Below are positions 26,890 through 35,390 of a DNA stretch of 64,000 bases, one piece after another. How positions within the stretch are numbered: position 1 is the first letter of the stretch; every line of letters starts with the position of its first letter. The position numbers and the translations under genes were made by a program. The notes beneath the pieces were generated by a model, which ran no database searches, was not told the origin of the DNA, and saw only the letters and a list, made by a program, of their open reading frames with translations. The stretch comes from a bacterium BMS3Abin14 (lineage in GTDB: Bacteria > BMS3Abin14): assembly GCA_002897695.1 (NCBI GenBank), contig BDTG01000046.1, positions 35,411 to 99,410 on the forward strand, written 5' to 3'.

Positions 26890-28371
26890 TTACATGAGAG
26901 ACAGGACCGACAGCCTCGCAGCCTCCAGAACGCCGCCCGGCAGAATTCCCAGAATGAGAGTGCCGGTCAATGCCAGAGCTATTCCGGCCCATAGGATCAG
27001 TGAGCGGGGGGAGACGGCAAACTCGCCCTCGGGCTCTCTCATATACATGAGGACAATAATGCGGAGGTAGTAGAACGCCGCTACAACACTGTTAAGAAGT
27101 CCGATCACGACAAGGGTGTAATACCCCCCCTGTATACCGGCATAAAACACATACAGCTTGGCAGCGAATCCTGCCGTGGGGGGAATCCCCGCCAGGGAAA
27201 GCATGAAGATCATCATGGCCAGCGCAGCGCCCGGCGCCCGTCTGGACAGCCCCTGAAAGTCGTCCAGGTTCTCTCCCGTCATATTCTCACGTTTGAGATA
27301 TATAAGGATCGCAAAAGCGCCGATATTCATGAAAGTGTACGACAGAAGGTAAAACATGACGGAAGATATGGCACGATCAGGCCGGCCGTTCACCGAAGCA
27401 ACCACTCCAATAAGGATGTATCCAACATGGGCTATTGAGGAATAGGCCAGCATCCGTTTTACGTTTTTTTGTCTCAGCGCAGTGAGGTTTCCCAGGGTCA
27501 TTGTCAATACACTGAGGACAACGACGAGGACCTCCCAGTCCCCCTTCATCTGGGGGAGCGCTTCCATTAAAATTCGGATAAGCGCCGCCAACCCGGCTGC
27601 CTTGGGACCGGCCGACATAAAGCCTGTCACCGGGGTGGGAGCGCCCTGATATACATCGGGGGTCCACATGTGGAATGGAACAACGGATATTTTGAAGGAA
27701 AAACCAACCAGCACCATGAACATCCCGGCCAGGAGAGGAACGTCTTTGAGTAACGCCGGATGGGAGTTGATGGCGTCGGCGATTTTATCAAAATGCGTGC
27801 TGCCGGTGACACCGTAAATATAGGACATTCCAAAAAGCGTGATGCAGGTGGCAACAGAGCCCAGAATGAAATATTTCAGCCCGGCCTCGTTTGATTTAAG
27901 ATCAGTCCTGAAAAATCCGGCCAGAATATAGAGGGAAATAGAGAGTATCTCCAGGCCCAGGAAGATGGTGATAAGTTCCCTTCCCACGGCCATTACCATC
28001 ATTCCGACCGTAGCCAGAAGGAGAAGGGCATAATATTCCGCGTGGTCCCCGGTCCCGCCTTCCTTCATGAAGCGGAGCGAAAGCGTCATGGTAAGAATCA
28101 GCCCGAACAGAAATATCACCTTGAAGAAGGTTGCGTAGGGATCAAGAACAATCGAATTTCCGAAAGTCGAGACGTTAAGACCGGCCTCGGACAGGGTCAC
28201 CGCAAGCGCCACAACAGCCCCGGCCATACCGATAGTAAAGGATGCGCTATGCTTCTTCGTCCGGGTGACCAGTTCCCAAAGAACGACCAGGAATGCGGTC
28301 GCCGTGAGTATCAACTCCGGAGCAATGACCCTGAAATCCGGGATAAGAATAGTCAAACTCTGCATGGGCAC
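26890..28371 (-). CDS. nuoN: NADH-quinone oxidoreductase subunit N
   Basis: EAGLKYF, FKISVVPFHMWTPDVYQGAP, KRMLAYSSIAH. Confidence 0.95.
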   Translation of the reverse strand: MPMQSLTILIPDFRVIAPELILTATAFLVVLWELVTRTKKHSASFTIGMAGAVVALAVTLSEAGLNVSTFGNSIVLDPYATFFKVIFLFGLILTMTLSLRFMKEGGTGDHAEYYALLLLATVGMMVMAVGRELITIFLGLEILSISLYILAGFFRTDLKSNEAGLKYFILGSVATCITLFGMSYIYGVTGSTHFDKIADAINSHPALLKDVPLLAGMFMVLVGFSFKISVVPFHMWTPDVYQGAPTPVTGFMSAGPKAAGLAALIRILMEALPQMKGDWEVLVVVLSVLTMTLGNLTALRQKNVKRMLAYSSIAHVGYILIGVVASVNGRPDRAISSVMFYLLSYTFMNIGAFAILIYLKRENMTGENLDDFQGLSRRAPGAALAMMIFMLSLAGIPPTAGFAAKLYVFYAGIQGGYYTLVVIGLLNSVVAAFYYLRIIVLMYMREPEGEFAVSPRSLILWAGIALALTGTLILGILPGGVLEAARLSVLSLM

Positions 28372-28377
28372 TTTTCC

Positions 28378-30021
28378 TTAATTCAACCCCTCAACCGGGG
28401 GGAGAGCGTTAACGCCGTTGAACGTAATGGAATGCCGATCCACATTCACAGCCAACTTGACCGCGGAAGAATCCACATCCAGGCCGGCGGATTGCGCCTT
28501 TTTCAGCTCGATCCGTGCGGATTTGGCTGATTCCACCCGCAAGACCACCTGTTTCGCCGCCGGTTCAATAATTTTCAGAAACGGTTTGGGATAGATCCCC
28601 ACCCAGAACATCAGAACGACCAGGGGCGCCAGAGTAGCTATCTCACGCATGTTGATATCCAAAAGTTTGCGGTTCTCCTCGTGGGTGATCTCTCCGAACA
28701 TTATCTTCTTGTACATGTGAAGCATATATACCGCCCCGAGGATAATGCCGGTTGACGCCAGGACGCCAAAGACAAACAATCCGGATTTAAATGCCCCGAG
28801 AAGAATCAGAAATTCACCGACAAAACCGTTGAGCCCTGGAAGCCCAATGGAGGAGAAAGTGGCAATTCCAAGAATTGCCGCATAAACAGGCATCACCGAG
28901 GCCAGACCACCGAAATCATCCAGAAGCCGGGTATGCCTTCGTTCATAGATAATCCCGACGAGAAGGAACAGAGCTCCGGTGGAGAGCCCATGGTTTATCA
29001 TCTGGAGGATACCGCCCTGCAGACCCTGGAAAGAGAGGGTAAAGATTCCCAGCATTACAAAACCCAGATGGCTCACGGATGAATAGGCGACAAGTTTCTT
29101 GGCATCAGGCTGCACCCAGGCCACCAGAGCACCGTAAATGATTCCGATGACTGAAAGGGCCAGAACCACCGGAATCGCCCTGATGGCGGCGTCGGGCAGG
29201 ATTGGGAGGGAAAACCGGACAAAACCGTACGTTCCCATTTTCAGCAGAACACCCGCAAGGATCACTGAACCTGCGGTGGGCGCCTCAACATGTGCGTCGG
29301 GAAGCCACGTGTGGAAGGGGAAAAGAGGAACCTTGATGGCGAACCCGAGGAATAGCCCCCAGAAGGCCCACATCTGGACATTCCTCGGGATATTGGACGT
29401 GAGCAGCCTGATGACATCGAAGGTATAGACCCCGGTGGCCGAATGGTATGAAAAATATATGAGCAGAAAACCTATAAGCATGAAGAGACTGCCGATCAGG
29501 GTGTAAAGGAAGAACTTCACCGCTGCGTAAATTCGGCGCTGCCCACCCCATACGCCGATAATGAGCGCCATGGGGATCAGCTCAATTTCCCAGAAAACAT
29601 AGAAAAGGACGAGATCGAGAGCAAAGAACACACCCAGCATGGCGGACTGAAGAACCAGGAAAGCAACCATATATTCTTTGACACGGTCCTTGATGGCCGA
29701 GAAAGAGGATAAAATGGCGATCACACCGAGGAGCGTGGTCAGCAGGGCCAGAAGAAGGCTGATCCCGTCCACTCCCATGATGTAGCTGATACCGAGCCCC
29801 GGAATCCACCTGGCCCTCTCCACAAACTGGAACCCGGATTGCCCGACGTTGTATTGGGCAAGGAGCACCATGGAAACCAGGAAATCCGCGACGGCGATTA
29901 CCAGCGCTGTATTCCGGATGAGGTTAACCTTTTTACCCGGCACCAGAAGGGCAAGCAGCAATGCGCCAACGGCCGGCAGGTAAACTATGACTGATAATAT
30001 TGGGAAGGTCATATGTTCCAT
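28378..30021 (-). CDS. nuoM: NADH-quinone oxidoreductase subunit M
   Basis: FYVFWE, KVPLFPFHTWLPDAHVEAP, KKLVAYSSVSH; ~45-aa C-terminal extension. Confidence 0.95.
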   Translation of the reverse strand: MEHMTFPILSVIVYLPAVGALLLALLVPGKKVNLIRNTALVIAVADFLVSMVLLAQYNVGQSGFQFVERARWIPGLGISYIMGVDGISLLLALLTTLLGVIAILSSFSAIKDRVKEYMVAFLVLQSAMLGVFFALDLVLFYVFWEIELIPMALIIGVWGGQRRIYAAVKFFLYTLIGSLFMLIGFLLIYFSYHSATGVYTFDVIRLLTSNIPRNVQMWAFWGLFLGFAIKVPLFPFHTWLPDAHVEAPTAGSVILAGVLLKMGTYGFVRFSLPILPDAAIRAIPVVLALSVIGIIYGALVAWVQPDAKKLVAYSSVSHLGFVMLGIFTLSFQGLQGGILQMINHGLSTGALFLLVGIIYERRHTRLLDDFGGLASVMPVYAAILGIATFSSIGLPGLNGFVGEFLILLGAFKSGLFVFGVLASTGIILGAVYMLHMYKKIMFGEITHEENRKLLDINMREIATLAPLVVLMFWVGIYPKPFLKIIEPAAKQVVLRVESAKSARIELKKAQSAGLDVDSSAVKLAVNVDRHSITFNGVNALPPVEGLN

Positions 30022-30120
30022 GTAGCCCTTTCTCTACCCGACGATGCCAGCCTGATTTGTTCCTGGAAAATCAGCGCAGCAACCATCCTGCCGGGCCGAC
30101 ACCGGCGAAAGAAACCGTAA

Positions 30121-32052
30121 TTACACCAAAAAAGTCCAGAAAAGCACCACGACCAAACCAACGGCCATGGCCAGAGCATAGTTTTGAACAAAACCGGTCT
30201 GAAGCCTGGCAAGAAATCCGCCGGCCCGATCCGCGCCATTGGCAATTCCATGAAGCGTTCCGTCGATGACTCCACCATCGAACCCTGTCCACAGAAGGTT
30301 CCCAAGGCGATTAAGCGGCCTGGTGATGATCATCTCGTAGAACTCGTCCACCCACCACTTATGGTAAAAAAGGTCGTAAAGAAAACTGTAGTCTTTCCTG
30401 ATCTCCTCGGCAATCTGGGGTTTGCGCAGAATAATGGCCAGAGCAAGCCAGATGCCCCCGACAGCCACCACGACCGAGACCCCCATCAGACCGAGTTCCG
30501 AAGCGACGGAATGGACGGCCTCGGCCATCTCCCCTGCATGCTCGGTAACGGCGCCGAATACGGGGCCAAGCCAACTGTGCAGGAGATGCCATTTCTCCAC
30601 AATCGGGATCCCGGCAAACCCGCCGACAGTCGAAAGAAATGCAAGGATAACCAGCGGTACAGTCATGACCGATGGGGACTCATGTGCGTGTTTAGCCACT
30701 TCCGGGTCCAGCCTCGACTCACCGTGAAACACCAGGTAGACCAGCCGGAACATGTAAAAAGCCGTCATAAAAGCGGTAACCACACCGGCAAACCACAGGA
30801 GGAAACCACCTCCGTACTTTGAATTGAAGGCGGCGTTGAGGATCTCGTCCTTCGACATGAAGCCCGCCAATGGAGGGATGCCGGAAATGGCCAGGGACGC
30901 CACGACAAATGTCTTATAGGTTGTGGGCATGATCTTTCTCAACCCGCCCATCTTTCGTATGTCCAGCTCCCCGGAAAGGCCATGCATGACGCTGCCCGCA
31001 CACATGAACAACAGAGCCTTGAAAAATGCGTGGGTCATGAGATGAAAGATCGCAGTCGTGTATGCTCCAACACCGACCGCCAGGAACATGTATCCCAACT
31101 GGCTTATCGTGGAGTAGGCCAGGACGCGTTTGAAATCGTTCTGAACAAGTGCAATGGTGGCAGCGAAAAAGGCGGTCAATGCCCCAATTGATGCAATCAC
31201 CATCATGGTTGGGGGGGCCATTTCAAAAAGAACATGACTGCGGCAGACCATATAGACCCCGGCGGTCACCATCGTGGCGGCATGGATGAGGGCGGAAACC
31301 GGTGTCGGGCCCTCCATGGCGTCGGGCAGCCAGATATGGAGAGGCAGCTGGGCGGATTTTCCGATCGCGCCGAGAAAGAGCAGCATGGTGATCAGGATGA
31401 CCATCGGGTCTCCCTGGCTGAACACCTGGTGGGCTCGGCCGAAAACCTCGGCGTATGACAGGGAACCGAAGTGGATGGCGATAAGAAGCATTCCAATCAT
31501 GAAGCCGAAATCGCCCACGCGGTTGACGATGAAAGCCTTCTTCCCCGCCGCCGAGGCGCTCTCCTTTTTGAACCAGAAGCCAATGAGCAGATAGGAACAG
31601 AGCCCCACCCCTTCCCAACCGACGAACATGACCAGGAAGCTGTTGCCGAGCACAAGCATGAGCATGGCGAAAACAAAAAGATTCAGATACAGAAAATAAC
31701 GGGCCACACCCTCATCGTGTTCCATATAGCCGATACTGTAGACATGGATGAGGAATCCGACCCCCGTGATCACCAGGATCATCACGGATGAAAGTGGATC
31801 AAGCAGGAACCCGATGGGGACTGAAAAGTCGCCGGAGCCGATCCACTGGAACAGGTTGATATTGAAAACCCTGGAGCCGGCCTCCATTCCAGTCAATCCT
31901 GAAATGGCCACCACCGAGGCCAGGAACGCCGAGGCCACCGAGCCGCATGCCAGTATCCCCACCGCTGACCTTGACAGGCGCCGGCGGAAGACGAGGTTGG
32001 CGATCACCGCCAGGAGAGGGAAGAGTGGTACCAGGACTACCGCTTCTGTCAT
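30121..32052 (-). CDS. nuoL: NADH-quinone oxidoreductase subunit L
   Basis: GWEGVGLCSYLLIGFW, KSAQLPLHIWLPDAMEGPTPVSALIHAATMV, C-terminal lateral helix region. Confidence 0.95.
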   Translation of the reverse strand: MTEAVVLVPLFPLLAVIANLVFRRRLSRSAVGILACGSVASAFLASVVAISGLTGMEAGSRVFNINLFQWIGSGDFSVPIGFLLDPLSSVMILVITGVGFLIHVYSIGYMEHDEGVARYFLYLNLFVFAMLMLVLGNSFLVMFVGWEGVGLCSYLLIGFWFKKESASAAGKKAFIVNRVGDFGFMIGMLLIAIHFGSLSYAEVFGRAHQVFSQGDPMVILITMLLFLGAIGKSAQLPLHIWLPDAMEGPTPVSALIHAATMVTAGVYMVCRSHVLFEMAPPTMMVIASIGALTAFFAATIALVQNDFKRVLAYSTISQLGYMFLAVGVGAYTTAIFHLMTHAFFKALLFMCAGSVMHGLSGELDIRKMGGLRKIMPTTYKTFVVASLAISGIPPLAGFMSKDEILNAAFNSKYGGGFLLWFAGVVTAFMTAFYMFRLVYLVFHGESRLDPEVAKHAHESPSVMTVPLVILAFLSTVGGFAGIPIVEKWHLLHSWLGPVFGAVTEHAGEMAEAVHSVASELGLMGVSVVVAVGGIWLALAIILRKPQIAEEIRKDYSFLYDLFYHKWWVDEFYEMIITRPLNRLGNLLWTGFDGGVIDGTLHGIANGADRAGGFLARLQTGFVQNYALAMAVGLVVVLFWTFLV

Positions 32053-32063
32053 CGTCTCTTCTC

Positions 32064-32366
32064 CTAGCCCTTCATCAGGTTGATTTCATCAACGTTGACG
32101 GTCTCACGATTGCGGAACAGGGCCACGAGAATCGCGAGACCCACGGCCGCCTCCGCGGCTGCCACCGTCATCACAAAAAACACAAATACCTGTCCCGCCA
32201 TATTGTGTATATAGTGGGAAAAGGCGATCAGGTTGATATTCACGGCATTAAGCATCAGCTCAATGGACAGAAGAATTATGATGATGTTCCTCCGGAGGAG
32301 TACCCCCAGAAGACCGATAACAAACAGAATGGCCCCGAGGACCAGATAGTGCGTAAGGGTAATCAT
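32064..32366 (-). CDS. nuoK: NADH-quinone oxidoreductase subunit K
   Basis: [22 protein letters not shown]. Confidence 0.95.
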   Translation of the reverse strand: MITLTHYLVLGAILFVIGLLGVLLRRNIIIILLSIELMLNAVNINLIAFSHYIHNMAGQVFVFFVMTVAAAEAAVGLAILVALFRNRETVNVDEINLMKG

Positions 32367-32875
32367 TCCGCGCTCTCCCTTCGAGCCAGGACCACAGCCC
32401 CGAAAATCGCCACCAACAGAACCAGGGATGCCAGTTCAAACGGAAACAGAAACGTTGTGTAAAGGCTCGCGCCCACAGCTTCGGTATTTCCCCCGAAGAC
32501 GTTGCCGACAAGTTTGGCGACCGGACGGGAAAATGAACCCTGAACCGCAAGAATGACAAGTTCAAGCGCAAGCGCGATGCCGGCGACCATGGCAAAGAAT
32601 CGCTGGCGGTGTATTATCCTCAGCTCCCTGGTGCCGGAAAGATTCAGCAGGGTAACGACAAAAAGGTAAAGGACCATAATAGCCCCGGTGTAGACCAGAA
32701 TCTGAACGGCAGCCAGAAATTCGGCGTCCAGCAGGACAAAAAGACCCGCGATATGGAAGAAACACGGGATGAGGAATATCACCGAATGGACGGGGTTGGA
32801 ACGGGAAACCGACAGCACGGCCGTCACTACCGTAACCACCGCAAAATAGTAAAACAACAATGAATACAGATTCAT
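32363..32875 (-). CDS. nuoJ: NADH-quinone oxidoreductase subunit J
   Basis: [33 protein letters not shown]. Confidence 0.93.
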   Translation of the reverse strand: MNLYSLLFYYFAVVTVVTAVLSVSRSNPVHSVIFLIPCFFHIAGLFVLLDAEFLAAVQILVYTGAIMVLYLFVVTLLNLSGTRELRIIHRQRFFAMVAGIALALELVILAVQGSFSRPVAKLVGNVFGGNTEAVGASLYTTFLFPFELASLVLLVAIFGAVVLARRESAE

Positions 32876-32885
32876 CAGCCGCTCC

Positions 32886-33332
32886 CTACAGGTCCTTGTA
32901 CTGGGGGTCGTCCCCCTTGGCCAGCATAGTCTCTTTGGTCACCTTCAGATTGCCGGGGTCGGTGACAGTCAACTCATAATCGTTCCCCATCCAGACGGCA
33001 TCAACGGGACAGACCTCCTGGCAGAATCCGCAATAGATGCAGAGCCCCAGGTCGATCTGGTAGAAATCGACGTTTTTCTCGTGCTCCTCGCCCTCGGAGG
33101 TTACGATGGTAATGGCATCGGATGGGCAGATCGCCGCACACAGGGCACAGCCCACGCACCTCTCCTTGCCGTCCGGATGCCGTTTGAGAATCTGAGCGCC
33201 TCTATATCGGGGGGGCGGTTCCCAACGCACCTCCGGATATCTGAGGGTAACCGGCTTGGAGAAAAAATATCTGATGGTAAGAGTCAGCCCCTGAATCAGG
33301 TCAGTTTGGAAAATGTTGGTCAGCAGGCCCAC
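32886..33332 (-). CDS. nuoI: NADH-quinone oxidoreductase subunit I
   Basis: TLRYPE, CVGCALCAAICP and CIYCGFCQEVCP (2x[4Fe-4S]). Confidence 0.95.
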   Translation of the reverse strand: MGLLTNIFQTDLIQGLTLTIRYFFSKPVTLRYPEVRWEPPPRYRGAQILKRHPDGKERCVGCALCAAICPSDAITIVTSEGEEHEKNVDFYQIDLGLCIYCGFCQEVCPVDAVWMGNDYELTVTDPGNLKVTKETMLAKGDDPQYKDL

Positions 33333-33343
33333 TGCGATCTCTC

Positions 33344-34363
33344 CTATAAAATTCCGGATATTCTGATGATACCGGACAAAAAGACATTAAAAATTGCGAG
33401 AGGAAGAAGAACTTTCCAGCCAAGCCCCATGAGCTGGTCATACCGGAGTCTGGGAAACGTCCACCGCACCCAGACCATGAAGAAGAGAAAAAATCCAACC
33501 TTCAACAAAAACCAGACGACAGGCATGACATAGGCCACAAACGCGGCGGGCAGCGCCGAATCGATGATGGGCCCGACAATAGGCAGCGGGAGCCACCCCC
33601 CGAAGAACAGAACGACCAGAACGCAGGATATGGAGATCATGGAAACGTACTCGGCCATGAAGAAGAGGGCGAACTTCATGGATGAGTATTCCACGTGATA
33701 ACCGGCCACAAGCTCCTGCTCGGCCTCGGGAAGGTCAAAGGGAAGACGGTTGGTCTCGGCGAAGGCCGCGACCAGAAAAAGGAGAAATCCCAGGAACTGC
33801 GGGATGACAAACCATAGCCCACGCTGCGCCTCCACGATCTGCACCATTGACAGGGAACGCGAGTACATGAGCACCCCTATGATGGAGAGTCCGAGGGTCA
33901 GTTCATAGCTGATCATCTGCGCAGCGGACCGCAACCCGCCCATGAGAGCGTACTTGTTGTTGGATGACCACCCGGCCAGAACCAGCCCGTAAACGCCCAG
34001 AGATGAGATGGAAAGTATGTACACGATGCCGATATTCAGATCGGATATCTGGAGATGGGGCCCGATGGGGATGACGGCGAACGTCAGCAGAGCCGGAATA
34101 AATGCCATGAGCGGCGCCAGGACAAAGAGAACCTTGTCGGCATTGGAAGGCATTATATCTTCCTTGAAAAAGAGCTTGAGCGCATCTGCGATGGGCTGAA
34201 GAAGCCCAAAAGGACCCACATAAAGTGGTCCGTGCCGATTCTGGATATGACCCGACACCTTCCTTTCAACCCACACCATAACCGGCACACCCGTCAGGGC
34301 CACGATGAGGATACCCACTATTTTCAGCAGGATGACGAACAAGAAAAGCCAGATATTCTCCAT
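33344..34363 (-). CDS. nuoH: NADH-quinone oxidoreductase subunit H
   Basis: ERKV..IQNRHGP, GLLQPIADALKLFFKE, AETNRLPFDLPEAEQELVAG. Confidence 0.95.
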   Translation of the reverse strand: MENIWLFLFVILLKIVGILIVALTGVPVMVWVERKVSGHIQNRHGPLYVGPFGLLQPIADALKLFFKEDIMPSNADKVLFVLAPLMAFIPALLTFAVIPIGPHLQISDLNIGIVYILSISSLGVYGLVLAGWSSNNKYALMGGLRSAAQMISYELTLGLSIIGVLMYSRSLSMVQIVEAQRGLWFVIPQFLGFLLFLVAAFAETNRLPFDLPEAEQELVAGYHVEYSSMKFALFFMAEYVSMISISCVLVVLFFGGWLPLPIVGPIIDSALPAAFVAYVMPVVWFLLKVGFFLFFMVWVRWTFPRLRYDQLMGLGWKVLLPLAIFNVFLSGIIRISGIL

Positions 34364-34386
34364 AACCTTCCCTTAGTGTCAGATCC

Positions 34387-35385
34387 TTAATATTCCATGG
34401 CGCCGGATCGCTTGATTTCTCCAACCTTCTCGAGGAGGAAAAAGGCGTCCGTGTTCTCAGGATTGAGCTTAATAGCGTTGTTGAGCACCTCTTCGGCCTT
34501 GTCCAGCAGTCCAAGATGAACGTAGCTGTTGCCCAGGTGATACAGGGCGCTGGAATCCATCGGATCGAGTTCTTTAACCCGGTTGAAGCTGGCCGCGGCG
34601 TCCTCATGTGACCCCTTCCTGGCCTGAGCAACTCCCAGATGGTAGTAGGCGGCTGTAAATTGAGGTGACAGAGCCAGCGTTTGTTCGTATGCCTTGACGG
34701 CATCCTGCATGTTGCCCAGGTGGAAGTAGACCTGCCCCAGCCAGTAGTAGGCCATGACGTATCCGGGGGAGATCTCCACCACCTTCCTGAGGGCATCCTC
34801 AGCATCCTTCAGCATGCCTTTCTGGAAATAAACGGTCCCCAATACGTACATGGCCCTTGCGAAGGTGGGTGATATTTCGAGGGATCGCCGCAACTCCTCT
34901 ACCGCGTCGTCGAGCTTGGCGTTCTTCTGGTGGAGCAGGGCAAGACGGTAATGAATCTGGGCGGTGTCGGGTATCATCTTTTCCACCCGGTTGAAATGAA
35001 ACTCCGAATCAGGAAGAAGACCCATGGAGTAGCATGTCATTCCAAGGCGATAATGAACCGCGGGAGATGTGGGATTTGCGGCCTCAGCCTTCTTGAAACA
35101 CTCCAGGGCCGCCGACAGCATCCCCTTGTCGTAGTAGGCAACCCCCATGTAGTAATGGGTCATCTGAAAATCAGGCACCAGTTCGAGGGTTTCTTCCCAG
35201 CGCTTAAGCGCGTCGTCGAAGTGCCCCTGGTGGTAGAGGGAACTTCCATCGCGGTAGAGCTTTTCGGCCTTCTCCTTGTTGGAAAGAGCCTCATGGTCAT
35301 CGACCGTCGCCTCAAGCTTGTTGCCGCACTCCTTGCAGTAGCGGCTGTCCTCCGGGATCAACAGATTGCATGCCGGGCAGATCAT
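34387..35385 (-). CDS. Zinc-ribbon plus multi-TPR protein inserted in the nuo operon
   Basis: N-terminal CPAC...CKEC followed by roughly eight TPR-like repeats (e.g. HYYMGVAYYDKG, YYHLGVAQARKG). Confidence 0.85.
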   Translation of the reverse strand: MICPACNLLIPEDSRYCKECGNKLEATVDDHEALSNKEKAEKLYRDGSSLYHQGHFDDALKRWEETLELVPDFQMTHYYMGVAYYDKGMLSAALECFKKAEAANPTSPAVHYRLGMTCYSMGLLPDSEFHFNRVEKMIPDTAQIHYRLALLHQKNAKLDDAVEELRRSLEISPTFARAMYVLGTVYFQKGMLKDAEDALRKVVEISPGYVMAYYWLGQVYFHLGNMQDAVKAYEQTLALSPQFTAAYYHLGVAQARKGSHEDAAASFNRVKELDPMDSSALYHLGNSYVHLGLLDKAEEVLNNAIKLNPENTDAFFLLEKVGEIKRSGAMEY

Positions 35386-35390
35386 TTTTG

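Noticed and set aside
30022-30120. 99-bp spacer with a short CTGATTT/AAATCAG hairpin between nuoL and nuoM
   Set aside because: Too weak to call a terminator or sRNA, and no credible ORF.
26890-32052. 2M-type complex I with an extra antiporter subunit
   Set aside because: Only one each of nuoL, nuoM and nuoN; NuoL is of ordinary length.
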